This document shows, piece after piece, positions 9,115 to 18,829 of a stretch of DNA of 64,000 nucleotides. The stretch covers positions 852 to 64,851 of the forward strand of contig JBKJIG010000044.1 of the NCBI GenBank assembly GCA_046598415.1, read 5' to 3'. This DNA is from Gaiellales bacterium (GTDB lineage: Bacteria > Actinomycetota > Thermoleophilia > Gaiellales > F1-60-MAGs149). Position 1 is the first letter of the stretch, and every line of letters begins with the position of its first letter. Position numbers and translations under genes: made by a program. The notes under the pieces are model-generated. The model worked only from the letters and a program-made list of their open reading frames with translations. It was not told the origin of the DNA and searched no databases.

Positions 9115-10710
9115 TTACGCTCCCTGGTTGATGAAGCGGCCGAGGATCTCGTACTTCTGCGGATTCGAGCTGCGCAGGTAGTACGCGTAGCTCAGCGCCG
9201 CGAGCGGCACGAGCACGCCGAGGATGCCGATCGGCGAGAACTGCAGCTCGTTCGACATGTACGCGACATCGATCCACGGGATCTCGAACACCGGGTTGAC
9301 GTACCAGGCGCCGGCGGCGAGGAAGTACAGGTTCGAGTAGAGCAGCAGCAGGACGTACGCCTGGCCCAGGAAGCCGATCCACGGCGCCAGACCGGTCTTC
9401 CACCAGTGCATCTCCTGCGGATGCTCCTTGCGGAAGTAGAAGAACGTCGAGAGCGCCGTCAGCGCCTGGACGAGGACGATCCAGATCACGCCCTGCACGG
9501 CGAGCCACCCATACATCTCGAGCGGCAGCTTGTCGAGGAACCAGAAGGTCAGGATCAGCGTCGTGTTCAGCACCATGACGGAGAGGATCGCGACGTGCGG
9601 CGTCTTGTGCACCGGATGGGTGCGGCCGAGCGCGCGGGGCATGATGCCCTCGCGGCCGAGCGCGTACCAGTAGCGGATGCCGGCGTTCAGGAGCGCGGCG
9701 CCGCAGGCGAGCGCTCCCGTGACGATCAGCCAGTCCATCGCCGCGGCGGCGAAGTGGCCCACGTAGGCCTCCATCGGCCCGGTCACGATGTTCGCGAAGC
9801 CGGGTACGAAGGTGAAGCCATTCAGGGTCACCGACTCGGTGGCCGCACCGCCGGCGAAGGCCGTGTCGAGCGCGCCCTTGTGACCGTAGGCGGTCACGAC
9901 GGCCCACATCATCACGGTGTAGAGCACGCCGACGCCGACGCACGAGAAGTAGACGGCGATCGGGATCGTCCGCTGTGGATCCTTCGACTCCTCGGCGTAG
10001 TTGGGAGCCGCTTCGAAGCCGACCCACGACCAGAACGCGAAGAAGACGCCGATGCCGGGGGCCACCCCTTCACCGAAGTTCCACGGCAGGATCGGCGAGA
10101 CCTCGACGCCGGACGCGCCGCCCTGGAACAGCACGCCGAAGGTGAAGATCAGGATGATCAGCAGCTCACCGATGAGGGCGACGCCGAGGATCTTGGCCGA
10201 GATCTGCACGTCGAAGTAGCCGAGCGCGGCCACGACGACCACCGCGAACAGGGCGTACCACACCCAGGGCAGCGAGTCGAAGCCGGTGTGGACGAGCAGC
10301 GTGTTCTGCGTGAACGCCGAGAACCCGCCGATCAGCGAGGTGCCGAAGATGGTGTACGCGACCATCAGCGAGAACCCGGACATGAGCCCGAGCGGCCGGC
10401 CGAGGCCGTGGCTGACGAACGTGTACATGCCGCCCGCGGCGCGGATCTTGAGGCACATCTGCACGTACGCGACCGAGAAGATCGTCAGGACGATGGTCGC
10501 GAACATGAATGCGCCCGGCCCGCCGTAGCCCGACCCGAGCGGGCCCACGTAGGGCGTGTTGAAGAGCGTCACCGCCAGCGGCGCCGAACCGGTCACGCAC
10601 AGGAAGAGGACCGAAGTGAGACCGACAGCCGATGCCTTCAGCTGGTGGACATCCTCGCGGGTCGAGACGTCCACGTTGCTCACGGTGCCCTCGTGGTGCA
10701 GTTCGGTCAA
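9115..10710 (-). CDS. APC-superfamily amino acid/polyamine-type permease
   Basis: C-terminal 531 codons of ORF 9115..11532. TTG at 10710 follows GGAGG by 5 nt. Polytopic (~12 TM), with WSWVGFEAAPNYAEESKDPQRTIP typical of APC permeases. Only 14 nt upstream of lutA on the same strand. Confidence 0.85.
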   Translation of the reverse strand: MTELHHEGTVSNVDVSTREDVHQLKASAVGLTSVLFLCVTGSAPLAVTLFNTPYVGPLGSGYGGPGAFMFATIVLTIFSVAYVQMCLKIRAAGGMYTFVSHGLGRPLGLMSGFSLMVAYTIFGTSLIGGFSAFTQNTLLVHTGFDSLPWVWYALFAVVVVAALGYFDVQISAKILGVALIGELLIILIFTFGVLFQGGASGVEVSPILPWNFGEGVAPGIGVFFAFWSWVGFEAAPNYAEESKDPQRTIPIAVYFSCVGVGVLYTVMMWAVVTAYGHKGALDTAFAGGAATESVTLNGFTFVPGFANIVTGPMEAYVGHFAAAAMDWLIVTGALACGAALLNAGIRYWYALGREGIMPRALGRTHPVHKTPHVAILSVMVLNTTLILTFWFLDKLPLEMYGWLAVQGVIWIVLVQALTALSTFFYFRKEHPQEMHWWKTGLAPWIGFLGQAYVLLLLYSNLYFLAAGAWYVNPVFEIPWIDVAYMSNELQFSPIGILGVLVPLAALSYAYYLRSSNPQKYEILGRFINQGA

Positions 10711-10830
10711 GTTGGCCTCCCAGCCTCGTTCCCCACGTGACTTGCTGCGCAATCTTGCACTGGCAGGGCCGCCGCTGCAAGGGATGGGGCTTGCGTTCGC
10801 CGCGTCACCCCGTTCCCCTACACTCGTGGC

Positions 10831-11397
10831 GTGGCCGACGACCTGGAACTGCTCCGCGCGGCGCTCGTCGCCGAGGCCGAGGGACAGGCGGTGCTGCTCG
10901 CGGGCGGGCGTGCTCCCGAGTCGTTCTCGCGTGCCGCCGCGGCGTACCGCGCCTCGTGGGAGGAGGCCCCGCCGACGGCGTACGGCCGGCTCGCGGGCGC
11001 CATCAAGGCCGCAATTCTGGCCGGCGACGGCGACGGCGACACGGCGCGTTACGTGCTGACCGAGGTGCCGCCCGGTGCGGGATCGCCGGTGGCGGCCTAC
11101 GCCGTGGCCGTGGCGCGGCTCGTGCTCGCCGAGGACGCCGCCGCGGCGGCCGCCGCCGCGGAGATGGCCGCCGGCGGCGAGGCGTTCGAGCGGACCGCAG
11201 CGGCGCTGACGGCGCTCGCGCGCCGCGATCGGCCGGCGTACACGGAGGCGCTGCAGGCGATCGTCGCCGACTTCGAGGGCCGCGACGCCCATCTGACCGG
11301 CGTCGCGATCGCCGATACCGCCGTGATGCTGGAGTCGCTGGCGGCGCCGCGCGACATGGCCGCCGGGCTCGTCTCGCCGGTGCTGCCGCCGGCCTGA
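10831..11397 (+). CDS. Hypothetical Ala-rich protein
   Basis: ORF 10831..11397 (GTG start). High third-position GC and non-repetitive sequence. No motif recognised. Confidence 0.5.
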   Translation: MADDLELLRAALVAEAEGQAVLLAGGRAPESFSRAAAAYRASWEEAPPTAYGRLAGAIKAAILAGDGDGDTARYVLTEVPPGAGSPVAAYAVAVARLVLAEDAAAAAAAAEMAAGGEAFERTAAALTALARRDRPAYTEALQAIVADFEGRDAHLTGVAIADTAVMLESLAAPRDMAAGLVSPVLPPA

Positions 11398-11399
11398 GG

Positions 11400-12569
11400 T
11401 CAGGTGGGGACGGCGGCGCGCACGGCCTCGCCGATGCGGCGGATGCCCTCGGTGACGGTCTCCGGCGCGGCCGCCAGCGAGACGCGCAGCAGTCCGGCAC
11501 CGCCGGGCCCGAACGTGTCGCCGGGGGCGCACGCGACACCGTGGTCGCGCACCAGATGCTTCGCGAACTCGAGCGTGTCGGAGGTGGCGGCGGAGACGTC
11601 GGCGAAGATGTAGAAGGCGCCGCGCGGCTCGGCCACGAAGAGGCCCTCGGCCCGCAGCGCGGCGACGGCGAGATCGCGCCGTTCGCGGTAGGCGTCACGC
11701 ATCTCGCGCACGCAGTCCTGCGGCCCCGAGAGCGCCGCCACCGCCGCCCACTGCGCCGGCGCGGTCGGGCACGAGACCTCGACCTCGGGCACCTTGGAGA
11801 GCGTGCCGACCAGCTCTGCCGGCGCCGCCAGGTAGCCGATGCGCCACCCGGTCATGGCGTACGTCTTCGACAGGCTGTAGACGGTGACGACGTTGTCCGG
11901 CGCGAACGGCGCCGACGCCACGTGCACGCCGTCGAACGCCATCTCGTCGTACACCTCGTCGGACAGCACGTAGAGGCCGTTGCGCACGGCGATGTCGACC
12001 GTCGCCGCCACCGTGTCGCGGCCCCACACCGCGCCGGTCGGGTTGGACGGCGTGTTGGTGATCAGCACCTTCACGCCACGCCGCGTCGCGAGCTGCTCGA
12101 GGGCGTCCAGGTCGGGCTCGAAGCCGTTCGCCGCCGGCAGCGGGTAGCGCACGATCTCGAGGCCGAGCAGCGTGCAGATGCCGACGTAGTTGGGCCAGCT
12201 CGGATCGGGCACCAGCACCGCGTCGCCACGATCGGCCAGCGCGGCGAGCGTGCTGAAGACGCCCTGGACGCCGCCGACCGTGGCCACGATCTGGTCGGCA
12301 CCGACGTCGTGGCCGGCGCGCCGGGTGATGCTCGCGGCCGCAGCCTCGCGCAGCTCGGTGATGCCGCGGCTGGCCGTGTAGCGGGTGCGGCCGGCGCGGG
12401 CCGCGTCGCCGGCGGCCTCGACGATGTGCGGCGGCGTGTCGAAGTCGGGCTCGCCGAAGCTGAGGTTGAGCGTGTCGCCCCGCTCCATCGCGAGCTCCAT
12501 GATGGCGCGGATGCCCGAACGGGGCAGGGCCGCCATCGCGGCGCTGGGGGCGGGTGGACGCGGCGTCAT
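11400..12569 (-). CDS. Class I/II pyridoxal-phosphate aminotransferase (aspartate aminotransferase-like)
   Basis: C-terminal 389 codons of ORF 11400..13496, starting MTPRPPAPS. Motifs: NLSFGEPDF, TNTPSNPTG, PLP-lysine context YSLSKTYAMTGWRIGY. ATGA overlap with the upstream CN-hydrolase stop. Confidence 0.9.
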   Translation of the reverse strand: MTPRPPAPSAAMAALPRSGIRAIMELAMERGDTLNLSFGEPDFDTPPHIVEAAGDAARAGRTRYTASRGITELREAAAASITRRAGHDVGADQIVATVGGVQGVFSTLAALADRGDAVLVPDPSWPNYVGICTLLGLEIVRYPLPAANGFEPDLDALEQLATRRGVKVLITNTPSNPTGAVWGRDTVAATVDIAVRNGLYVLSDEVYDEMAFDGVHVASAPFAPDNVVTVYSLSKTYAMTGWRIGYLAAPAELVGTLSKVPEVEVSCPTAPAQWAAVAALSGPQDCVREMRDAYRERRDLAVAALRAEGLFVAEPRGAFYIFADVSAATSDTLEFAKHLVRDHGVACAPGDTFGPGGAGLLRVSLAAAPETVTEGIRRIGEAVRAAVPT

Positions 12570-13381
12570 CGGCTGGCGCGCTCGGCCTGGCGGTTGCGCT
12601 CCGGCGACCAGCGCCGGGCCAGCAGCCCGTCGGCGAGCGACAGATCGATGTCGGCGGCGACCACGCCGACCTGACCGTAGGGCAACTGGGCGACGAGCGA
12701 CCCGTCGGGCGCGACGATGCAGGTCGCCGAACCCTGGTCGGGCGCGGCGTTGTTGGACTGCGCGACGTACACCGTGTTCTCGAGCGCGCGGCACATCAGG
12801 GCCTTCTCGTTGTACGGGTTCGACGCGTCGAGCCAGCGCGTCGGCAGCGGGCCGCCCGCGGTCGTGACCCAGTGCGGCACGAAGATCACCTGGGCGCCGT
12901 CGAGGGTCAGCGCGCGGCTGATCTCGGGGTAGCGGAACGCCTCGTGGCAGATGGCGATGCCGAACGTCAGGCCGCCCGCGGTGAACGTGCGCCGACCGCT
13001 GCCCGCGACGTATGGCGCCTCCTCCGACGGGTCGATCTGCGTCTTCGCCTGCTCGCCGAGGCGGCTGCCGTCGGCATCCAGCACCACGCACACGATCTCG
13101 CGGCCGGCCGCGGTCGGGCGCTCGGTGCCGACGATGGTGACGACGCCCGTCCGGCACACCGCGGCGGCGATCGCGTCGATGGCGCGCTCGAGCGCGTCGG
13201 CGGTGACGTCGGGCACCTCGCGCGGCTGGTTGCGGTGGCCCGGCACCGCCGTCTCGGGCAGGCAGACGATCTGCGCACCGAGGCGCGCGGCCTCGTCCAC
13301 CGCGGCGATCGCCGCCGGCACCGCCTCGGCGATGGTGGCCGTGAGCGGGGTCGAGGCGACGGCGATGCGGACGGTCGTCAT
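12566..13381 (-). CDS. Carbon-nitrogen hydrolase (nitrilase-superfamily amidase)
   Basis: ORF 12566..13381. Glu context IVCLPETA and Cys context FGIAICHEAFRYPE of the E-K-C triad. Confidence 0.9.
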   Translation of the reverse strand: MTTVRIAVASTPLTATIAEAVPAAIAAVDEAARLGAQIVCLPETAVPGHRNQPREVPDVTADALERAIDAIAAAVCRTGVVTIVGTERPTAAGREIVCVVLDADGSRLGEQAKTQIDPSEEAPYVAGSGRRTFTAGGLTFGIAICHEAFRYPEISRALTLDGAQVIFVPHWVTTAGGPLPTRWLDASNPYNEKALMCRALENTVYVAQSNNAAPDQGSATCIVAPDGSLVAQLPYGQVGVVAADIDLSLADGLLARRWSPERNRQAERASR

Positions 13382-13390
13382 GGCTGCAGG

Positions 13391-14329
13391 CTACCGGGGG
13401 AAAGGCGTCGGGCACGCCGAGATCTTCGGTACCTTGACGCGGGCGATCGCACTGGCCGGCGACGGCTGGCAGGCCTGGGCGATGCCGACGTCGCACGCCA
13501 CCGACAGGAAGATGAACGCGTCGGCGATCGTGAATCCCCAGTGGTCGACGAGCAGCCGCGCCGCCTCCTCGCAGGCCAGCTCGATGGCCCCGCCGAGGTC
13601 GCCGAGCGTCGTGCCGTGCGTGACCCAGCAGTCGGCCAGTTCGGTCACCGGCCAGATGCCCTGCGCGCCCTTGTGGAGCCCGACCCGGATCACCACCTCG
13701 CCCTCGATCTCGACGCCCGTGCCCGAGATCTCGCCATCGCCCATGCAGGCGTGCATGTCGCCGATCGCGAGCATGCCGCCCGGCTGGCGCACCGGCAGGT
13801 ACACGGTCGAGCCCGGGCCGTGCAGGTGGTTATCGAGGTTGCCGCCGTGCTGTCCCGCGAGGAAGTTGATGCACTCCTCGCCACCCGTGGCACAGCCGAT
13901 CACGCCGACCATCGGCCGCACCGGAAAGCGCACGCGGTCGTTCATGTGGATGACGCCGTCCTCGACCCGGAAGATGCGTGTCACCGGGCCGTCGACCAGC
14001 CCCGTCAGCTGCCCGAAGCCCGGGATCACCATCGCCGCGCCGCGTGGCCCGGGGTTGATCTCGAGCAGCTCGACGACCAGCGAGTCGCCGGGCTCGGCGC
14101 CGCGCACCGCTATCGGCCCGGTGGCCGAGTTGAGACGCTCCAGGTCGAGTGACGTGAACAGGTCGGTCTCCTTCGTCACCTGCCCGCTGAAGCAGTCGTT
14201 CAGCTCCAGCCGGATCACGGCGCCGGGGTCGACCTCGAGGACCGGCGTCATCGACGGCCCGAAGGCCCAGACGTGCTGGTCGCGCGTGATCAGGTGGTCG
14301 ATTGCGAGCGTTCCCATGGCGGCCATCAT
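13391..14329 (-). CDS. Acetamidase/formamidase (FmdA/AmdA) family amidohydrolase
   Basis: ORF 13391..14329. Hallmark ATGPIAVRGAEPGDSLVVELLEI, plus GGNLDNHLHGPGSTVYLPV and GDMHACMGDGE. Confidence 0.9.
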   Translation of the reverse strand: MMAAMGTLAIDHLITRDQHVWAFGPSMTPVLEVDPGAVIRLELNDCFSGQVTKETDLFTSLDLERLNSATGPIAVRGAEPGDSLVVELLEINPGPRGAAMVIPGFGQLTGLVDGPVTRIFRVEDGVIHMNDRVRFPVRPMVGVIGCATGGEECINFLAGQHGGNLDNHLHGPGSTVYLPVRQPGGMLAIGDMHACMGDGEISGTGVEIEGEVVIRVGLHKGAQGIWPVTELADCWVTHGTTLGDLGGAIELACEEAARLLVDHWGFTIADAFIFLSVACDVGIAQACQPSPASAIARVKVPKISACPTPFPR

Positions 14330-14345
14330 GCCACCGGCGGGGCCG

Positions 14346-15212
14346 TCACGTGCGCCTCGCCCCGAGGTCGCCGCGCAGCACCAGGAACACGCCGAGAGCT
14401 GCCACCGCGAGGCCGACGATCGCCAGCGCGTGCAGCTTCTCGCCGAACACGAGGTAGGCCTCGAGCGCGGCCAGCGGCGGCGTCAGGTAGAGCAGCGACG
14501 CCGTCTGCGCGGCCGAGCTGCGGCGAATGACGAGCATCAGCAGCGACACCGCGCCGATCGACAGCACGAACACCATCCAGGCGAGGCCGCCGATCACCTT
14601 CGCCGTCCACTCGATGTGGAAGTTCTCGAAGGTCAGGCTGCCGACGCCGACGACCACGGTCGCGGCGGCGTACTGCACCACCGCGGCGGGCCAGATCGCC
14701 ACGTCGGTGCAGAAGCGCTTCTGGTACAGCGCGCCGGCGGTGATGCCGACCAGCGCGACGAACGACAGCGCGACGGCGCCGAAGCTGACGCCCCCGATCG
14801 CGAGCCGCTCCCACAGCACGAGCGCGATGCCGACCAGGCCGGCCGCGAACCCGAGCCACTGCAGGCGCGCCACGCGCTCGCCCAGCAGCGCCCCGACCAG
14901 GCAGGCCGTGACGATCGGCTGCAGCCCGACGATCAACGCCGAGACACCGGCCGGCAGGCCCTCGGCGATCGACCAGAAGACGCCGCCCAGGTAGATGCCG
15001 TGCAGCAGCACGCCGACGACTGCCACGTGGCCCGCCATGCGCCAGCCCATCCACTGCGACCGCGTGGCGGCCACGATCACGAGCGCGCACAGGCCGGCCA
15101 GCGCGAACCGGACCGTCAGCACCGCCAGCGGATCGGCGTCGCCGACCACCAGCCGGGCGCCGACGAAGCCGGTCGACCACAGCAGCACGAAGATCCAGGG
15201 CACGAACTTCAC
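14346..15212 (-). CDS. DMT-superfamily (EamA) transporter
   Basis: ORF 14346..15347 trimmed to the in-frame GTG (VKFVPWIFVLLWSTGF). About 10 TM in two EamA-like halves. Divergent from the aminotransferase at 15264. Confidence 0.85.
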   Translation of the reverse strand: MKFVPWIFVLLWSTGFVGARLVVGDADPLAVLTVRFALAGLCALVIVAATRSQWMGWRMAGHVAVVGVLLHGIYLGGVFWSIAEGLPAGVSALIVGLQPIVTACLVGALLGERVARLQWLGFAAGLVGIALVLWERLAIGGVSFGAVALSFVALVGITAGALYQKRFCTDVAIWPAAVVQYAAATVVVGVGSLTFENFHIEWTAKVIGGLAWMVFVLSIGAVSLLMLVIRRSSAAQTASLLYLTPPLAALEAYLVFGEKLHALAIVGLAVAALGVFLVLRGDLGARRT

Positions 15213-15263
15213 GGCGCCGAACCGTAGTGCGCCTGCCCGGAGCGGAGTGGTACCGTCCGCGCC

Positions 15264-16517
15264 GTGACCCTCATCGAGCGCGACACGCGCGCTATCGGCA
15301 ACATCGAGAAGCTGCGGTTCTTCGACCTCGCCGCGGTCGGCGGGCACGGCAGCCGGCTCCGTCTCGAGGACGGCCGCGAGGTGCTCGACCTGGCAGCGTC
15401 ATGGGGCGCCGCGAGCCTCGGCAACGCGCATCCGGAGGTGGCGGCCGCGGCCGCACGGGCGCTGTCGGACATGCCGGGTGCGAGCATCCTCTCGCTCGTC
15501 AACGGCCCGGCTGTCGAGCTGGCCGAGCGGCTGCTGGCGACGTTTCCCGCCGGCGCCGACCGGCGGGTGTGGCTCGGGCACTCCGGCTCCGACGCCAACG
15601 ACACCGCCGCACGCATCGTCACCGCCGCCACGGGCCGGCCGCGCATCATCGCCTTCGCCGGCGCGTACCACGGCGCGCTGACCGGATCGATGGCGATCTC
15701 CGGGCACCCGGCGCTCGAGGGCGAGAAGGCCGAGGGCCTGATCCAGCTGCGGTATCCCGACCCGCGCGACGGCGCCGACGCCGGCGAGGTCGTGCTCGAG
15801 GAGCTCGACGCGCACCTTGCCCGTCACGGCCGCGAGGTGGCGGCCCTGTTCGTCGAGCCGATCCTCTCGGACGGTGGCCTGATCGTGCCGCCGGCGGGGT
15901 TCCTGCGCGGTCTCGGCGAACGCTGCCGTGCGCACGGCGTGCTGCTGGTGTGCGACGAGGTCAAGGTCGGGCTCGCCCGCACCGGCACGCTGCACGCGTT
16001 CGAGTCGGAGGGCGTGACGCCCGACGTCGTCTGCCTCGGCAAGGGCCTCGGCGGCGGCCTGCCGCTATCGGCCGTGATCGGGCCGGCGGCGGTGATGAAC
16101 CACGCCATGGCGTTCGCGCTGATGACGACGGCCGGCAACCCGGTCTGCGCCAGCGCCGGCCTCGCGGTGCTCGACGTGATCGAGCGCGACGGGCTGATCG
16201 CCCGCGCCGGCGTGGCCGGCGACCGCCTGCAGGCCGGGCTCCGCGCGCTCGGCTCGCCGCTGGTCTCCGACGTGCGCGGCCGCGGGCTCGCCGTCGGCGT
16301 CGAGTTGGCCTCGGCCGACGCGGCCGCGAAGGTCTGCTCCCGCGCCGCCGAGCTGGGCGCGGTCTTCTACTACGTCGGCGCCGGCGTGCTGGAGCTGACA
16401 CCGGCGCTGACCATCTCCGACGCCGAGCTGGATGAGGGCGTCGAGGTGATCGGCCGGGCGCTCGACGACGTGACCGCCGGCCGTGTCTCGGACGCTGCCG
16501 CCTACACGCCCTGGTAG
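15264..16517 (+). CDS. Class III (omega) aminotransferase, GabT/beta-alanine-pyruvate type
   Basis: ORF 15264..16517. Motifs: GSDANDTA, CDEVKVGLARTG, PLP-lysine context VVCLGKGLGGGLPLSAV. Confidence 0.9.
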   Translation: MTLIERDTRAIGNIEKLRFFDLAAVGGHGSRLRLEDGREVLDLAASWGAASLGNAHPEVAAAAARALSDMPGASILSLVNGPAVELAERLLATFPAGADRRVWLGHSGSDANDTAARIVTAATGRPRIIAFAGAYHGALTGSMAISGHPALEGEKAEGLIQLRYPDPRDGADAGEVVLEELDAHLARHGREVAALFVEPILSDGGLIVPPAGFLRGLGERCRAHGVLLVCDEVKVGLARTGTLHAFESEGVTPDVVCLGKGLGGGLPLSAVIGPAAVMNHAMAFALMTTAGNPVCASAGLAVLDVIERDGLIARAGVAGDRLQAGLRALGSPLVSDVRGRGLAVGVELASADAAAKVCSRAAELGAVFYYVGAGVLELTPALTISDAELDEGVEVIGRALDDVTAGRVSDAAAYTPW

Positions 16518-17707
16518 GTCGCGCTCGCGACGAACGCGGGCGTCAGCGCCGGGTAGTCGCCGTCGTGCACGACCACGCGGTAGCAGCGTGAGGCGCCGGC
16601 CGCGAGCGGGGACGTGTCGGTGGCCGAGTCGGCCCGGCCCGGTGCCAGAGCGCCGAACCTGATCGTGCGACGGAAGCCGGTCGGGGCGGCGCAGGTGCCG
16701 TTCATCGCCTCGACGTTGACGCGCCATCCGGCCGGTGCCTTCGGGTGGCGGAAGCGCACGACGCCGTCCAGCACGCTGAGGCCGATGCGGGCCGCGCCGG
16801 TGCGGGCGCCGTGGTTGACGACGACGGTGCGCGGGCTCGACCAGCGACCGCCGGCCGAGACGCGCCAGAGCCGGTAGCACCAGCGACCGGGCGTGGCCTG
16901 CTCCGCGAAGGCCGGAACGAGAGGGGCGCCGGCGGCGGCGTAGAAGTAGTCGCCGCGCCGGTCGATGGGCGACGCCGGGCAGGCGCCCTTGCGACGGCCG
17001 ACGACGAGCGCCCGTCCGCCGGAGCCGCGCGCCCACAGGTTCGCGGTGGCGACGGTGCCGGCCGGGTCGGCGACCACCGTCAGCGCGCCGGGCCGGACCG
17101 GGCGGCGATCGGTGCAGGCGGCGCGGGTGGTGCGGGCGACGGAGGTCGCCTTGCCGCCGTAGTACCGCACGAGGCCGCGGATGTCGTCCGGCTGCACGAC
17201 CCGGCAACGGCGCAACCAGTCGCCGCGGCAGCGTCGCGCGCCGGTGGCGTTGTTCGAGACCATCGTCGAGCAGCGCCGGTCCTCGTGGCCGAGTCCGAGG
17301 GCGTGGCCGATCTCGTGCGCGGTGATCTGCTGGAAGAGGCGCTGCGGCCGGCATCCGGTGGCGACGCGGACCTCGGCCGACAGGAGCCCGCCGCGTCCGT
17401 CTCCGGGCGCGCCGGTGGCGCCGGCGACGCCGATGCAGGCCAGGCCCTGCGTGCTGTGCCGCACCGCGCGGATCTGGATGTTGGCCCGGTCGGACGGCGC
17501 CGGAACCAGGATCACGCGCGCGCCCGTGGTGTTCCACGCGGCCACCGCCATCGCTGCGGCGTTGCCGTACGCGCCGGCGGTGTGGTCGCTGTAGGTGACG
17601 AGCGGCTCGCGCCAGACCCCGTCTCCGCTCGTCCGGTAGGCGTGCGCCGGCACTGGCACGAGCAGGCTCACGCACAGCAGCGCGAGGAGCGAGCGTCGCA
17701 TCTCCAC
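16502..17707 (-). CDS. Secreted matrixin-like zinc metalloprotease (metzincin) with uncharacterised C-terminal domain
   Basis: ORF 16502..17707. Signal peptide MEMRRSLLALLCVSLLVPVPAHA. Zinc motif HEIGHALGLGHE (HExxHxxGxxH). About 230 C-terminal residues carry no motif I recognise. Its 3' end overlaps the convergent aminotransferase by 16 nt. Confidence 0.85.
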   Translation of the reverse strand: MEMRRSLLALLCVSLLVPVPAHAYRTSGDGVWREPLVTYSDHTAGAYGNAAAMAVAAWNTTGARVILVPAPSDRANIQIRAVRHSTQGLACIGVAGATGAPGDGRGGLLSAEVRVATGCRPQRLFQQITAHEIGHALGLGHEDRRCSTMVSNNATGARRCRGDWLRRCRVVQPDDIRGLVRYYGGKATSVARTTRAACTDRRPVRPGALTVVADPAGTVATANLWARGSGGRALVVGRRKGACPASPIDRRGDYFYAAAGAPLVPAFAEQATPGRWCYRLWRVSAGGRWSSPRTVVVNHGARTGAARIGLSVLDGVVRFRHPKAPAGWRVNVEAMNGTCAAPTGFRRTIRFGALAPGRADSATDTSPLAAGASRCYRVVVHDGDYPALTPAFVASATYQGV

Positions 17708-17750
17708 GAGAGTACCGGACGCGTGGTTGGAGCAGGGAGGCGCCTACGAT

Positions 17751-18299
17751 GTGCGCGTGATCTCGCCGCCCCACCCGCCGCTCGCGGACGACGTCGTCGT
17801 GCTCCGCCCGTTCTCGCTCGCCGATGTCGACCCGGTGACGGAGGCCTGCCAGGATCCGGACATCCAGCGATTTACGACGGTGCCGGCCGCGTACCGCCGG
17901 GACGACGCGCTGGAGTGGATCTCGGGTCACGAGGCAGAGCGCGCGGCCCGCACCAGCCTGTCGCTCGCGATCACGGACCTGTCGAATCAGGTGATCGGCT
18001 CGATCGGGCTCGTGTCGATCGACTGGGACAACGACGCGGGCGAGATCGGCTACTGGGTGGCGCCCTGGGGACGCGGCCGCAACGCGGCCAGCCGGGCGAC
18101 GCGGTTGCTGGCCGTCTGGGGCGTGCGCGAGCTGGGGTTGATCCGCGTCGAGCTGCGCATCTCGACGCACAACCAGACGTCGCAGCGCACTGCCGAGCAG
18201 GCCGGGTTCACGTGGGAGGGCGTGCTGCGGTCGGCGCTCGCGCATCGCGACGAGCGGCACGACCTCGCGGTGTTCTCGCTGCTCGCCGGCGAGATCTGA
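17751..18299 (+). CDS. GNAT N-acetyltransferase (RimJ/RimL-like)
   Basis: ORF 17727..18299. GTG at 17751 follows GGGAGG by ~10 nt; TTG at 17727 is the alternative. Motif: EIGYWVAPWGRGRNAASRATRLL, with STHNQTSQRTAEQAGF. Confidence 0.8.
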   Translation: MRVISPPHPPLADDVVVLRPFSLADVDPVTEACQDPDIQRFTTVPAAYRRDDALEWISGHEAERAARTSLSLAITDLSNQVIGSIGLVSIDWDNDAGEIGYWVAPWGRGRNAASRATRLLAVWGVRELGLIRVELRISTHNQTSQRTAEQAGFTWEGVLRSALAHRDERHDLAVFSLLAGEI

Positions 18300-18302
18300 C
18301 CG

Positions 18303-18791
18303 TCAGGCGCCGTGGCACTTCTTGAACTTGCGGCCCGACCCGCACGGGCACGGGTCGTTGCGCCCGACGTTCTTGCCGAACACGTCGCCCAGCGACGGTA
18401 GCCCGGCGAGGTCGGCCCCGACGCCTTCCGTGGTGCGGGCGGCGCGGAGCTGCTCGAGCTCCAGCAGGTCGTGGTGGTCGAGCGTCAGCACGAGCTCGAC
18501 CGCCTCGGGCGTGATGGGCCGTGGCGGCGATCCGGCGACGAGGCCGACGCCGTCCAGCAGCGCGTAGCACGCCTCCTCGGTCAGCCCGTCGGCCGTCTGC
18601 GGCACGTCGACCCGCGAGGGAGCGACGAGCCGGAACCGCTCCCAGCGCTCGGCCGATGCGTCGTCGGGTCCGGCCGCGAGCAGGTCGCGGAACGCCCGCC
18701 GTCGCGGAGCACCGCCGGCGAGCGCCTCGAGTGCGGCGGAAAGCTCAACCGGCAGCCAGGCAGCCCACCCGGAGTCAACAAGTCCCTGCAT
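18303..18791 (-). CDS. SEC-C motif protein with N-terminal domain of unknown function
   Basis: ORF 18303..18791 ends in the canonical SEC-C metal-binding motif [16 protein letters not shown]. Confidence 0.75.
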   Translation of the reverse strand: MQGLVDSGWAAWLPVELSAALEALAGGAPRRRAFRDLLAAGPDDASAERWERFRLVAPSRVDVPQTADGLTEEACYALLDGVGLVAGSPPRPITPEAVELVLTLDHHDLLELEQLRAARTTEGVGADLAGLPSLGDVFGKNVGRNDPCPCGSGRKFKKCHGA

Positions 18792-18829
18792 GCGGTGCAG
18801 TGTGCCGCACGTGCCTGCGCGAAAAGCCC

